Positions 1 to 61,600 of a stretch of 64,000 bases of DNA are shown here, one piece after another. This stretch comes from Gekko japonicus (lineage: Eukaryota), in the NCBI RefSeq assembly GCF_001447785.1, contig NW_015161409.1, forward strand, positions 536,171-600,170. Direction: 5' to 3'. Positions within the stretch are counted from its first letter, which is position 1. The number at the start of each line of letters is the position of its first letter. The notes beneath the pieces are model-generated. The model saw nothing but the letters and a program-made list of their open reading frames with translations, did no database searches and had not been told where the DNA came from. A program made the position numbers and the translations under genes.

Positions 1-339
1 CAGAAAACATAATTTGTGGCATTGTCCTTGTCCATGTGCCTCAAACAGTGTTATTTCCTAGAACAGCAAGTCTTGGAATCAGCCGTTACATAATAAGAAT
101 AAGCAGTAAAAGAGATTTAATAGAACAGCATAGAATAGCACAGTGAGTATTCCTGTGTTGCACTTGCAGGGAGACTAGGAAACTGACCTCTGTGAATCCA
201 GTTCAGTTGCTACAAGTATGGTTTATACCAACTAATCACCAAGAAGGCAAGGTATAGTCCAGGGAATCTTTGAGATTTCCTTATAAATAATTCTGTCATC
301 CTCCCATATAAATGGCTACAATAACACAGCAGATTAAGG

Positions 340-530
340 AGTGCAGATTTTTTCTTGTGATTTATACCATGAGTTCACCAAGTGCCCTTAGACAAGCCAC
401 TCTTTCTTGGCTTCAACCATCACCCCCAAACCTGAAATATGGAGGTAATAATACTGCCTTGCAAGGTTTTTGTAAGGGTTACAACATGATGACATATGCG
501 AAGTGCTTTGAATGTTGAAATGTTTTGTAA
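340..530 (+). mobile_element. Old CORE/MIR-like SINE
   Basis: Core-like GGTAATAATACTGCCTTGCAAGGTTTTTGTAAGGGTTA...AAGTGCTTTGAA. Confidence 0.55.
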
Positions 531-1027
531 ATATTAACTAAATGAAAGCACTGTTGGCTATGGGAGACAATGAACAATTTGTAAATAGCAAACAGTGACA
601 GGTTCCTGAATACACATGTGGTGTTCAGAACCTGAATTTCAGCCAAAGCTTACTTTGGTCAGTCCAGAAGACTGTTACAAGACAATGATTAAAAATAAAC
701 TTCTCTAAGGTGTAACTGAGCTTCCTACAAAATATCAAAATCACATTAATAGTCGAATTAATTTTCCGATATGTAAACATAAAATGAGTGTCTTTGTGAA
801 ACCTGGACCTCTGTTAAGTGAGATAAAATTGACAGAAATACTGGGTAATGCTAACATATTCCCGTAAGATATTCATATATTCTTCAGATTGAAAGCTTTC
901 TGTCTGCAGTTCTCATGGATGATACATAGTATGCATAGTAATGAGCTTGTAGGACTGTGGTGTTTATTTTCAGGTCAGATGTATAACTATGGATAAGTAT
1001 CCTGTCTCAAACAGGCTATTTTTGTAG

Positions 1028-48742
<47,715 letters not shown>

Positions 48743-51700
48743 GAGACATGGAGACCTTCCAAAGAGGACATTGCATGAAATAAAGAGGCATGAGTGCCCC
48801 ATGGTTGCAATGAGACATTCTCCAGTGCCCTGCATGCTTCAAAGAAATGGTGCTGATAACGACAGACAGTTGTCTGCTCGAACAACTATAGTCTATCAGA
48901 AGGATGGACAGCTGCAAATATGTTGAGTCTAGTCATGTTACAACAGTATCAGATAGCTTACATCTGTTTCCCGCTCACTGCCAGATGCTGAAACACATGG
49001 ATGAGAGGAAGAAGTGGATTTTAGCTGGGTGTACAATAAGATCCTGGATTTGTAATCAAGAGACGTTCTTTCTGACCTAGTGCTGTACAATGTGTTTACT
49101 TTCAGCATGAATGTTTTCATTAGGTACTGGGAACTGATTCTCACAAAAATAGAAAACTCCTTATTTTATTACTGAAAAGAAAACCACCTTGGAGCTCTTA
49201 AACTATAGTGTTGTTGGTTTCGGGTTTTTTTGTTGTTGTTTTGTTTTTAACAAAAGTAAAGTAGATAAAATAGAAAATATTTGACTGGTCCAGCAAAGGT
49301 TTTGTCTATTTCACCAAAAACAAGCAAACAAAATCCCAAGAATGAAGTCTGTTCCTAGGCCCCGCAGAACTCTATTTTTTTAAGGCCTGGGTTGTTGTAA
49401 TCATGTCCGGTGCATGCTAGTAGGCATACATGAACTGGTTCTTCAACACTAACTTAGTGTTATTCCATGTAAGCATTTAATTAGTTCTGTGAGCAGATTC
49501 TGATTTTGCTCACATTGTGAGTGCCTTGCCCAAAACCTAAAAGTCTAACTCCAGTTTTTGCCTTGTGAATAAAAATGTTCTCAGTGGAAGAGAAACGGCT
49601 GTGTTTGCTTGCAGAGCTGTGCTGGAAAAAAACACAGACTTCAGGTTGATCATTTTTAGTATTTATAAGCTGATTAAGTTCTGGGTTGGCACCAGATGCA
49701 AAAACATGATTTCGTAGCAATAGAAATTGTTAATTTTATCGTCACAGTATCACTTGGCAGATTCACGTGTATTTTGCAAATACATTTTTCTACAAATGGG
49801 TAAGACCAGTTGAAAAGTTTTTAATCTTATTCACTTGGTCATAAGCCAGTTTAAACATGCAGACATGCACATAATGCGCCATGACCACCACCTGGCTTTG
49901 TACTGAAAAATTACACAGATCAGGATGGGAGAAAGCCACATTTTTATCATTGTAGCCATATGGATTGAGAGTTTAGCCAAGTAATTAAATAGGCATTTGA
50001 GGACTATCAAATCAACATTAAATTACCTTGTTCCCTACAATGCTTCTTTAGTGCACAACTATCTGTTCTCTGCAACACAGTTTGATATGCCAGACTATTT
50101 TTTCAGCTAGTGTGATTCTATGGTATGTCCAAAAAAATTTCCCATCACCAAATAACATGTGCAATGAAGTATTTGATTATAAAGATGCATAGCAAATGCA
50201 ATCTGTTTTCATTTACCCATCCCATTGGGACCAATGCCAAATGCTTCCATAATGCCCTGTTCCTCCTTTCTTTGCAAACTTTCTACCTGTAGGATTTAGA
50301 TCAGCAATTAAATGATAGTTTGCATTATTTTCCGTCAAGCATTGCTTCATACTGTTAAAAGTTTTTCTCTTCATTGCACACACATGGATGGCAGTCTGAG
50401 AAGTTTAAGTCCTGAAATGGAAGGGACATGTCTTTATGCTCAGGTTGAAAGATTGATTAAAGGCACAGCTGTCACTGGAAGAGTAGCAAGAGCTGCAAAG
50501 AGACCACCAGCCATCAGATTCTAGACTGGTAATAAGACCAGCAGGCCACCAAAGGGCAAACTGATATTGCTTCTTTCCCAATGAACAATGACATTTTCAG
50601 TCATCATGTGATGAAAACTGAATTAAACTATTTTGTCAGAAGGGCCTAACTCCCCAGTAAAGACCATGGACTGTACTTTGGTACAAGAGATCTCTAGTTA
50701 GTTATTTCAAATGAACATGTTGTAAACCTCTGCTTGCCTCATCTCTGCAGCTCTCTCTGTCTTCCCATTTTCTTTTGAGATTCCGCTGGCTCTCAGGCTC
50801 CACACACTGGCCTTCTTTTCACCTCATTCCACTGGACTATTCCTCCTTCCTACCCTCATTTCCTTGTGTCTTTCTCTCTCTTTAAAAAGGGGGAGAAAGA
50901 TCACGTGCATAAGGCCTTCATAGTGTTATTTTATATGCAGAGCAGAGGGATAAGAGCAAAGATAATTGCACAGTTGCTGCTGTATGTGGGGAATGCTGCT
51001 TAGAAAACCATCTGTAGAGACCTTTAGAGATGTGGCACATCCCAAAATTCTGTGTATATTACACATTACCCATTGCTAGTTATGGACACAGTCCAATTTG
51101 AAGCTAAATATATTTTTTTTACTTTGAACACTAAATCCCTATTACAAATTGGCTTTGAAAGCTGTCAGAAGTTTTGAAAGTGTCCTAGAAGATACTCAGT
51201 GAGGGTTCAGATGGTCCCGTACACATCTTGAATATATTTCTCTCTACTGAAGTATGTAACCTTTGTAGGATGAAGGGACAATGGCAGCTGCTAGGGCCTG
51301 TTATTCTAGGATACTGTAGACATGATAGCATAAGTACAAAAAATGCAGTGAAAATAGGATAATTCATACAGCAAACAGATAATATATACTGAACACACTG
51401 GTTTAGTTCACAGGCCCAGTTCCCTTTATACAAGTGCCTTTCTGAGCCATTTTCTAATACTATAGCCCTTACCTTAATAAAAATGCCCTCCTGAACAATT
51501 CTGTTTTACATATTTTGTGGAATAACATATACGTGAGAGCCTTTCTGACCACCTCAGGCAGACCATTCCACAGGGTAGGGGCAACAACAGAGAATGTACA
51601 CATACAGGTAGTTGTTGATCTTGCCCATTTTTGGGGTGGCTCCTGCAGAAGGCCTTGTTCAGATGAGCAGAACTGTCATGGCAGATATGAGAGCTCAAGG

Positions 51701-52364
51701 CCATGAAGGGCCAAGTGTGGCCGAGAGTACGCATCTTGAGTCAGCAACTGATTCACGATGGCTACCAAGAGCTGTCCATGGATGCAAACTGGCATCTCTC
51801 TTTATGCTTGAAAGCCTTTGTGTAAAAAATAGAACTAAAACTAGGTAGACTTTAAACCAGAAATAATTAAGATGACCACCTTATTGATAGCATTCAACCT
51901 ATTAGCGTTCCTAAAGCTAAGCCACTGGTTGCCTACAACCAGTCACTGCGTTGTCTAGCTAGTACTCTGAGAGGATCCTAAAGTTAGGTGACTGCAGATG
52001 GTGGCAGCTCTATACCAAAGAGGAGACTGATTCTATCCGTTTGGTGGTGGAGAGTCCTTGACACCATTCCTAGACTAGCACTAGTTTCACATCTGCCTGA
52101 TGGGCATGAGATGCTGTCCTCTGTCCCAAGGACTCACGGACCCCAAGGGGTCACCTGCACCCATTTAAGGAAGGGTGGTGTAAGCTACGATTTTTGATCT
52201 AGGTAACTCTATGAACAATTTAGTTCCAAACTGACTTCCCTCAACTTGGATGCATAACCCCTTTTATCAATCCAAGTGTTCCCTGTATCCAGTTATCAGG
52301 AAGAAAAAGTACTCATTTTAACACTTTTACTATGTGCCATATTTTTCCTTATGCAGGGCAGGTG

Positions 52365-52560
52365 GATCCAGGTGGGCAGCCGTGTTGGTCTGAAGCAGTA
52401 GAACAAACTTTGAGTACAGTGGGGCACCTGTAAGACCAGCAAGGGTTTATTCAAGGTGTGAGCGTCTGTGTGCACGCACACTTCCTCAGACACATTGGAA
52501 TGGAGGTTAACAGTTCACACATATAGACAGATGCCTCTACATAGGTGAACAGCAAATTAG
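52365..52560 (-). mobile_element. Penelope pLTR fragment with degenerate hammerhead motif
   Basis: On the - strand: TCTGAGGAAGTGTGCGTGCACACAGACGCTCACACCTTGAATAAAC...GGTCTTACAGGTGCC...ACCAACACGGCTGCCCACC. Confidence 0.7.
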
Positions 52561-54059
52561 CATACAACTTCATGAAGACTTGTTCCTGAGTTATGATTCA
52601 TACAGGCTGGTGGACCAGGCATGGGGGCATCTAAGATATCCTGAGTGGAAATGAAAGTTTGTTAGAAAGAGATCTCCTACCCTTACAAACAGTACAGTCT
52701 GTGGAATATACAATTTTCTCTGCTGCAGAGACTAGGAGGACCAGGCTGAGAACAAGCCTGTCCAATACTTTCTTTTCCCCTGGCAGCTCTTGGTGTCTGG
52801 CTGGGGAGGCATACATCATTCTTCCAAGAACCATTGTTTCGGGGGAACCATGTGTGCTAAGAACAGCTTGACTCTATCCTATACATTATTTGGAAATATG
52901 GTACACTTTGTAAGGATACATTTTAGCTAGTGGCAAAAGTAACAGCAGCTAGTTTAGGAGCACATGTCTTCATGGATTCTCTATCTAGAACATTAACCAA
53001 CATTATTTTTCCCCCAATAAAAACAAGATACAGAAAATGTTAAATACAGAGATATTCCATTATTAAGGTTGCCCTCAAGAAAGAATCTGATCTGGAGCTC
53101 TAATTCACTTGGTTTCAGCATAAAGACCCTAGTTGCAGAAAGTCTGTATCAAAGTGTGTGGAGCACAGAATTTACCTTTCCCTCCATGTGTGACTGCTAG
53201 TTGCAAAATCATAGAGTGCAGCATAACTTGCAATTGGTGAATGTTCTGAGAATTCTGTGAGCTAGCTCTTAAACCCAAAAACCACTGCATGAAATCTTGC
53301 ACAGCTTGAATGATTTTGTTCCACTTTCTTTCTGAAAAGCCTTGGTGCTGTCAAATAATTTCTACACTTCTAAGTGATTTCCTTTTCCTGCAAAGATTCT
53401 GGCATGTTATCATTCATTTACAAACTTGGGGGCAGCTACTATAATTTAAATAATCTGCTAGTTAAATGGAAAGCTTCATCTAGCTACTGGTTAGGTTGGT
53501 TCTTAAATACAGTTCCCTGATGAGGGTTAATTGAATTTTTCATTTGCAAGCAAAATGACATTTTAGGTGCACTTTTATATAAATATGAATCTCCATTAGG
53601 ACAAAAGGACCATCCAGATGCTTACTGGAAACATCATCATACACTGTAACTGACTTGTCCTGACCACATGAACTGGGTACCCACTATGTGGTTTTTCTAA
53701 CCAGGGGAGAAAACGGCTTTGACAGCTGTCACTGAATAGTATTTTGGCTGTGATCCTCAACTTAATAGATCGTTTTGGCACAGTGACCCTAAATGATACA
53801 GATTCAAAGGAAGGAGAATTGTTAACTTTAGGTGGGCCAATTTAGCAAAGAGTAACTGTGTTACATTTACCTGTAATTTGTTCAAGATGTACAGGCACGT
53901 GTTCAGAACTGCCACGAGCACAGTATATGTAGAACAGGCACAGCATCTGGCCTACCACCAAATCCAGCTGTCTTACAGATCAATCCTATGCAGTTACTCC
54001 AGGCTACAGCCATTCATTTCTCTAGGCTGAGACTGGCATTATTCTGCTTACTCTGTTAA

Positions 54060-54278
54060 TATTTACTCCATTTGTATCCCACTTTTCTCCCCAATGGAGA
54101 TCCAAAACGGCTTACAACACTCTTCTTCTTCATTTTATCCTCACAAGCTGGTGAGGTAGGTTGGGCTGAGTGAGTGACTGGCCCAAGGTCACCCAGCAAG
54201 CTTCCATGGCAGAGTAGGAATTCAAACCTGTATCTCCCAGGTCCTGATCCAGCACTGTAACCACTATACCACACTTGC
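54060..54278 (-). mobile_element. tRNA/CORE SINE
   Basis: Reverse complement of GAGCAAGTGTGGTATAGTGGTTA..GGTTTGAATTCC..GGTGACCTTGGGCCAGTCAC..TGTAAGCCG. Confidence 0.75.
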
Positions 54279-56887
54279 TCTAAGGGCCCACTGGAGATCT
54301 GGCAGACCTGATTTTTCTGTCTGTCAGGGACTACAAAAACTGAGGGGGCAAGGGGAGTTGGCCTGCACCTGACGGGCCACATTATGCTGGATTTGATATG
54401 GTGGCCCGGATACAGAGGACTCCATACATCTGGAAAAAATCCTTTATATTAGAATGTAGATACAATCTGAGTTATGTGTTATGTGGGTAAAGTTGGTTGT
54501 GTGGCTACAGTACCCTTTTTCTGTTCTGCCCGTGAACCCTAAAAGCTTCCATACTCTGAACTTAAGTGGGTCTACTTAGTGTTCTCAATACTGTGTACTT
54601 TGAAGCAAGTCAGTAGAACTTCCTCACATGCACAGAGGTTTTGATTCAAGCTATGAAGCATTCGGGAGTCAAATGAGATTGGGGTGGGGAATAATTGCGC
54701 TTGATTTGCTGGGCCAGATTTCGTGGGAGTTGGGTTGTGAGCAAGCCCTTCTCGTCGCCAGCTCATGTTCTAGTTGGAAAGCATACTGGCCTAGTGTGAT
54801 CTGGCAACAGCAGAAAAATGGGCACAGATTTTAAAGACGAGCTGCTTAAGCCAGCTTCTGGGCATAACACAGCGAGACTGGTCTGGAATGCAGTCAGCCG
54901 AGCAAAATATACTGCGTTATCCTCCATGAAATAAAAAATAGCTTCCTTCTCTTTGAAAGCATTTCTATTAGACAGTGAAAGGAGACTGCAACTAGGAAAA
55001 AATGTATGAATATTCTATTTTCAGAAGCCCCATAACACTTATTTTTATTAATCAAGAACAGAAGCTTTCACTAGCGGAAAACAGCATTTTCTTACGGTTC
55101 TGAACAAAGGAAAATTCATTCTTATGCCCCTCAGTCTGTTTGAATATATGATTTCATTAAGTTTACAGTTGTTGATTTGCTTTCTACATCTCAGACTGGA
55201 GTGTTTATCCTCCTTGCTTTAACCAAAAAAATAAAAATAAATCTTACATCAGACTAGTCCAAAGGTGTATTTTAATTTGATGCTGTAATAAAGACCTTGG
55301 GTGTCCAATGTTTCCCCTTGGGGGTTTCATCATAAAGAGCTAATCCTTGTGATCATACAGTCCTATAGTATGTTATTTTAAAAGGTATATCAATTAAGCC
55401 TTTTTTGCATAATTAAATTTGTTTTTTTAATAAATATGAACTGAACTTTTAAGTACATTATCTGCAAAAAATAAAGATTTCAAAATAATTTCCTGGTGTA
55501 TTTAAATTTCAGAATTCAAGAATATATTTGTCACATATGAGTTTGAAATATGGAGATAGTTGTTTTCTGATATTTAATGTAAATATTTGTACAAAATACT
55601 ATCTTTTGTATATTTTTGTGAAAATGTAGTTCCCCAAAAGATACAAAAGATTTAATAAAAAAGTGCATTCATGTTACTGGTTAATCTTACATTATTCAAA
55701 ACACAAAAACTGCAGATTGTGAATTAGGTCCTAAGGCCTAAAAGAGTACTAATTCCTGTTATTCAGATTTCATGATCAATGTGTTTACAGCATGACAAAG
55801 TACTCCCTCCAGCTAAATGTTTCAAAGATAATGGATATTTCAGTAGAGAACTGTATAATGGACAATCCCATACTCCTTTGTTCCCCAAGCAGGCTATCCA
55901 GTTTAATTGCATCAAAGGTGGTCCACACCTAGAAGTAGGGTCGCCAGGTCTTATCCATCTGCTAGTGGGGGGGCTCCTGACTTGCTCCTGGGGTCTTCAG
56001 GATGACATCATCATGCTGGGCATGATCTACAGGGGATGCTCTAGCATTTGCCTAAAAACTCTATGGTCACCATAAGAGTTTTTACATATGTTGACACGTT
56101 TTAAGGGTTGATTTTAGGCAGGTATTGCAGCTACCATGACCTGTGGTTAACCCCAGGGACAACTGACATTTCCCTTTATATATCAGATTTATTTAGGGCA
56201 GAAGAGGGGAATTAACTCCATGGTAGGGGAAGTCTGTAGAGAAAAAATGTGCAATCCTATCTGATCCTTTATCTGCAGTTGAGAAAGAGGCATATTACAT
56301 ATGTACCATCCCCATTTCAGTTAGAAATAACATCATAATCACATACTTCAGGTATCTCTAAGCATCTGCATATTTTTAGTAGCTTGCTCATTGTTTTCTG
56401 CAAAGAAATATAGGGGGAAAACTAGAAGAGGATATCCATCCTGATGCTTCTCTACAAGCATGTTATCATCCTTTCTGTATTTCTTAGGCGCTATTTCTCA
56501 AAATAATTTCATTATATAATGAAGTATCTTCCAGCCTTGAGCTCAATGTTCCCTAACAGAATTTATGTAATTGACCAAAATAAGAAAGAAGATAGCTCAT
56601 CATTAGAAAGAAAAAAATCCATGCCTTGATGCTTTAATTAAGGTTAAAGTAAAATTCTCTAAAAAACTACACATACATCTCTTTACATTAGAAATATGTA
56701 AAATCAGCAATTAAATATACAAGTTTTGCAAAGAACACATTTCAAGTATGTAATCATCTTCATTGTATGAAACAATACATATTCAAGGCTTGGCATATTG
56801 GATGTAGCTTTTACAGCATCTTGGTTCCATCAACAAATGTCTTTCCATCATAGCACAACAGTGAAAATTCAATTGGTTGTGTGATGA

Positions 56888-56894
56888 TTAGTCA
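56888..56894 (-). CDS. ZC3H14: ZC3H14 terminal coding exon (S-D-stop), followed by 3' UTR
   Basis: On the - strand: tttctgtttttcccccccag|T GAC TAA. This completes the phase-2 codon AG+T, giving ...QTSD*. ATTAAA follows at 56638-56633. Confidence 0.75.
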
Positions 56895-58649
56895 CTGGGG
56901 GGGAAAAACAGAAATAGACACAATCAGCAAATTTTGTTTCCCCATAAACATGTGATAATTTTCTCCCAGGTGGAAAGGGCTACCCATTAGCTGCACTGTT
57001 TTTGTGCTTCTGCATCTCTCCTCTCACTGAGGCACCTATAATCTGAGCACAGGAGAGTAGAAAAACATCAATTTCTCCCCCCTCCCAGCCAGAGGGGCAG
57101 TCGACCCATGGATCTTCCTGGATTTATATTTAGGTCAGTTTCTGTTAACATCAAGACAGCTGAGACGAGACAAGTTTAAAGCTAGCCTTAAAGCTGATTA
57201 AGGGCAGCCCCACCTTCCCTCTGTATATTTTCCCTTTTCTGCTTTCTTTAATATTTGTGCTTATTATTTTCATCATGTTTTAACAAGAGGACATGATAGA
57301 AAATCAAGCCGTTAAGTAGATCAAGAGAGACTTTCATTTTCTCTCCCCTCAACTCCCTCCTTATCTGCTTTTGGCAACCAGGAACTGTGCCAGCTCAAGG
57401 GAACATACATTTTGAAGCTTTGCTGAAGGAGAGGCTCCCCCACCCTGCAATTAGCTGCAAGCATTTGTGAAGCTGTTAATAATTACTGGGGTGAAACAAG
57501 ATTACAAATTATTTTAAAATGTTGGATTAAATTCTGAACGGTGATTCAAGTCTGATGGCCTACCTTCTTACACAGAGTTGCAAACTATAGCCACCATATT
57601 TAATTCTGATTTTTTAGGAACCAAAGATTCGAACTGGAAATATCTGACGGGCTGTGTTTGCTGATAGGACTCTAATACTAAATCACTGAGCTTGTGACAG
57701 ATTTTATTAATGGGCTACAAATGACTATAAATGGGAGGGGGGGGGGAGTCCAACGTATTAAACTGTTGTGATTTCTATTTTCCCCGTATTGAAAGAAGCC
57801 CGCTGTCTCTCTCCTCTCTTGGCTACAATTTGCTTCATTTGCTTCTCTGGACTCTGTACTGAGGGGTTTCTGCCTGTTTGGGGTTTTTTATTGCCCATCT
57901 CTGAAGGAACTACTTTGGATTCTACGGTCTTTGGTTCCATCTAATGGTGAAGTTCGCAAATAATACCATGAATAACATGAAAAATACTCAATTACCTGAC
58001 AGATTGGATAAGACTCTTCCTTCTTATAAAATAAATAATACTAATAACTATTAATTCCTCTATTTTTTGTGCTGCAATCTAAATTTATTTTAAGAGTTTA
58101 ACACGAGTGTATAACAATACAACAAAGTAATAGGACTGTGCCCTTAAATTTGGTAAGTTGTTTTTAAAATTATAATAATCTTTATTAATTTTATACATAG
58201 TATAAACATAGAACAATAGAACATACAGATATTAATATCTTAACAAACAAAACAACCAACAAACATCTCATTAAACTGAGAAGAATGATACCATGTAACA
58301 GCCATTAATAGAAAGAAAACTGAACATATTTCCCAGGTAAAGTATTCTCTTTTTTATTTTCAGTAGTATTAGGTATTGATATACTAATTTAGTAACTGAT
58401 TAATATTACTAATTTAATAAAATATTTTCTTTATTTTATTCCTATTTCCTGATAAACTATATTTTTCCTGTGGAATAAGTGTTTTCCCTTTCCTCCTATT
58501 AACGTATTTTAGTAAATTGTTGATTGATTGCTTATACGAAACATTTTTAAATACCCTGAAATATTACTGAAGTTAAAAAACTAGATTGAAGTCATGAATT
58601 CAGAAATTAACACAGGATTTACTTGTTGAATTTGCTGAGATTGCTGAAA

Positions 58650-61600
58650 TATAGTAATTGTGCATTCGGGATATGATTAAGTGATAAACAGACAATTTTC
58701 TGATTGCACTGAACACTAATAATAATTATCAATGTTGCTACTGGTAGATGAAAAAAAATTGTATGAAACATTCATAAGGAGAAGGGTACTTAGAAAACTA
58801 TCAACAAGATTAAAGGATAAGGATAAGAAGAGGAAAGGAAAGGTTGAAGATGTTGTAGATTATATGCAAAAAATTCAGAATCGCTATCTAAACTAATTCA
58901 AGACTTCAAATCAAACAAATATGAAGAACACACTGATCAAAGGCTTAAAAAAGAAATTTCAGACTTGAAAGAGGAATTGAAATCAGGATTAGCAGGTATC
59001 TGAAGTAAACTGTAAGAAAATTCTCAAGAGAATAAGAAAGTTAACGGAAAGTTCAAAAATTTGGAATTGCATCAAGAAGCTCAAGATACACGCTTGGACA
59101 GAAAATATTGGAGAATTGAGATGTTAGAGGTCCAAAACAGAGTCAATAATCTATGATTTAGAGGAGGTGGTGAAGATTTTGGCAAATCAAATCTAGAAGA
59201 TTGCTTCTGCAAAGTGTTACAAGACTACCTAAAGATTCAAGGAGACTTCTCAGACATAGATCAGATATAAAAAGTTAATTCAAGATTTGCTTCAAGGAAC
59301 AGATTACCTCAAGAGATCTTGATTAAATTCACACATAAAAAGACGAGAGACACCATACTGAATAAAAAGAGAGATACACCCCTCAAAATTGCAGATAAAG
59401 CGGTCTGGATCTTTACCTGCTGCAAAAAGAGAGAGAGAAAAAGAGGATACCGCTGGAGAATCCTACGTGCCTTGTAAGTTTCACTACCTAAAGGCACAAG
59501 ATTAATCTCAAAAATTGATCAAGCTAAACAACTGGCAGAAGAATTTATCAGTGGGAGACACACAGAAAGAGCCTGAAAATCCTGAGTACTCTAAAAAAAT
59601 CTAAGGAACAAAAGAAAGATTTTAAAATTCCAGATACGGAAGAACACAAACTAGACTAGAAATTAAAGATAATATTGTTGAACATAAATGGACTAAATTC
59701 CCCTTCAAAATGACTTGAGATCTTCAATTGGCTAAATAAGCAAAAATTGGATATAATATGTATTCAAGGAACATGAGCAAATTTTAATTGAGGAATATAT
59801 AAAAATACATCTAGTGAGATATTTTCAGATGATAACAGAAAGCTTCTGAATCAATATATTACAATACAAGAGATTTCTCAAGCAATCAAGAAACTGAAAA
59901 AAGATAAAGCACTAGGCCCAGATGGACTTACAGCAATGTACTACAAATGCCTGGAAGACAATTTTACCACTTCAAAAAGTAATGAATGAAATAAACACTA
60001 AACTCTGCCTCCTTCGTGGCAAGAGGCTCACATAATATTGATACATAAAGAAGGTAATGATTCAACGCTTCCATAGTCTTATAGACCTATTTCCTCATTG
60101 AATGTGAAGGACTATACATTTTTTATTTATGGCTGAAAGGTTAAGGAAATGTATTATGGAAATAATCCATCCGGACCTGACTGGTTTTGCACCAAAAAGT
60201 TTATGAAAGGTAACATACATTTTGTAATTAATGCAATAGAATTAGTTAATAGGGAGACCAAAGCGGCATTTATGTCTCTGGATGCTGAGAAAGCTTTGAC
60301 AATTAGTCGTGGTCCTTTTTTCTCAAAATACAACAATATATTTGAATTGTGGTTCCAGTTTCGTGAACTGGATACAAGGCATTTACTCAAAACAGCATGC
60401 AAAAATTATAATAAATGGACTATTAACAAATAGATTTGATATAGAAAAAGGCACACATCAAGGTGCCCATTATTTGGACTTCTATTTATTCTTGCAATAG
60501 AGGTGCTGGCCTCCAAGATAACACAAGATCCAAAACATTGAAAAATTGAGAGTTGACAGAGAAGAATTTAAATTTAGAAGCTATGCAGATGATATTGTTT
60601 TATCAATTAAGGACCCTCCACATTTCATTGCCACACTAACAGAACAAACTGAGAAGTTTGGGTCCTTTTCAGGATACAGAATTAACAGGAAACCCGCCAA
60701 AAAACAATTACAATTTTTTTAACACAACAGGAGGAGCATACTGTTAATTACAGGATGCAAAATAACATCAAAAACAATTAAATATTTGGGAATACACCAG
60801 TCTAAACGAAATGATACACTGTTTAAAGACAGTTACAAAACTACATGGACAAAGATACAAGGAGACTTGGCAAAGTGGTCTAAACTAAAATTATCATGGT
60901 TGGGAAGAATCTCCATAATAAAACTGAATGTATTGCCAAAACTGAATTTCCTATTCCAGATGCTACCAACTTCCATTAAAAAAAAAGAAAGAAAAGCTTT
61001 GATGGACTGGCAGAAACAAATAAATGCATTTATTTGGAATGGTAAAAAACCAAGAATTACATTCAGAATGTTGCAGGATGGGGAAAAAAGAGGATTGTCA
61101 GTTTCCAATATTAACTATCCTTGGCGGGGAGGGTGGGGTACAAATCCAAGCAAACAAATAAACAAATAAAGCTATACCTCCATAATATCATGGGATTTTA
61201 TAGAGTTTAAGGAAGTCTATAAAATGTTGTCTATTAATATTGTTTATGAGTATGTTTATTAGTTTTTATTGTAAAAATGTTTGGTCTAAATTATCTTGTA
61301 ACTAAATGTAATGTGTTTTATAGTAACTGTTTGTGCATTTGGCTTAAGACCTCTGGTCAATGAAGCTAATAAATGAAAGGAGTAAATTAAGCTATACTAT
61401 CAAGCAGCCAAACTAGTCTGGATTGAAGAATGGATTAAAAACCCGAATAACAGACTAATGAAACTAGAAGCTGCAGGGCTAGAGAACAGACTGCATTACC
61501 TTCTTTGGATTGAAAAATTAACTTTGAAAAATAAAGGACAAGACAAAACCCACATAATTAGAGACAGTTTACTTCAGAACTGGGGGGGGTCTAAGAAAAA

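Larger units (their letters stand above)
48743..55680 (+). other. EML5: Putative long EML5 3' UTR with tandem poly(A) sites
   Basis: AATAAA at 49568, 55287, 55429 and 55654. AU-rich terminal block with TGTA motifs and a Pumilio-type TGTAAATA at 55578. The extent is inferred, with no transcript data. Confidence 0.5.

Noticed and set aside
51185-51433. Minus-strand ORF with CHCPF, initially suspected to be a ZC3H14 zinc-finger exon
   Set aside because: No CCCH spacing. The real ZC3H14 exons were found at 63414-63976 and 56888-56894.
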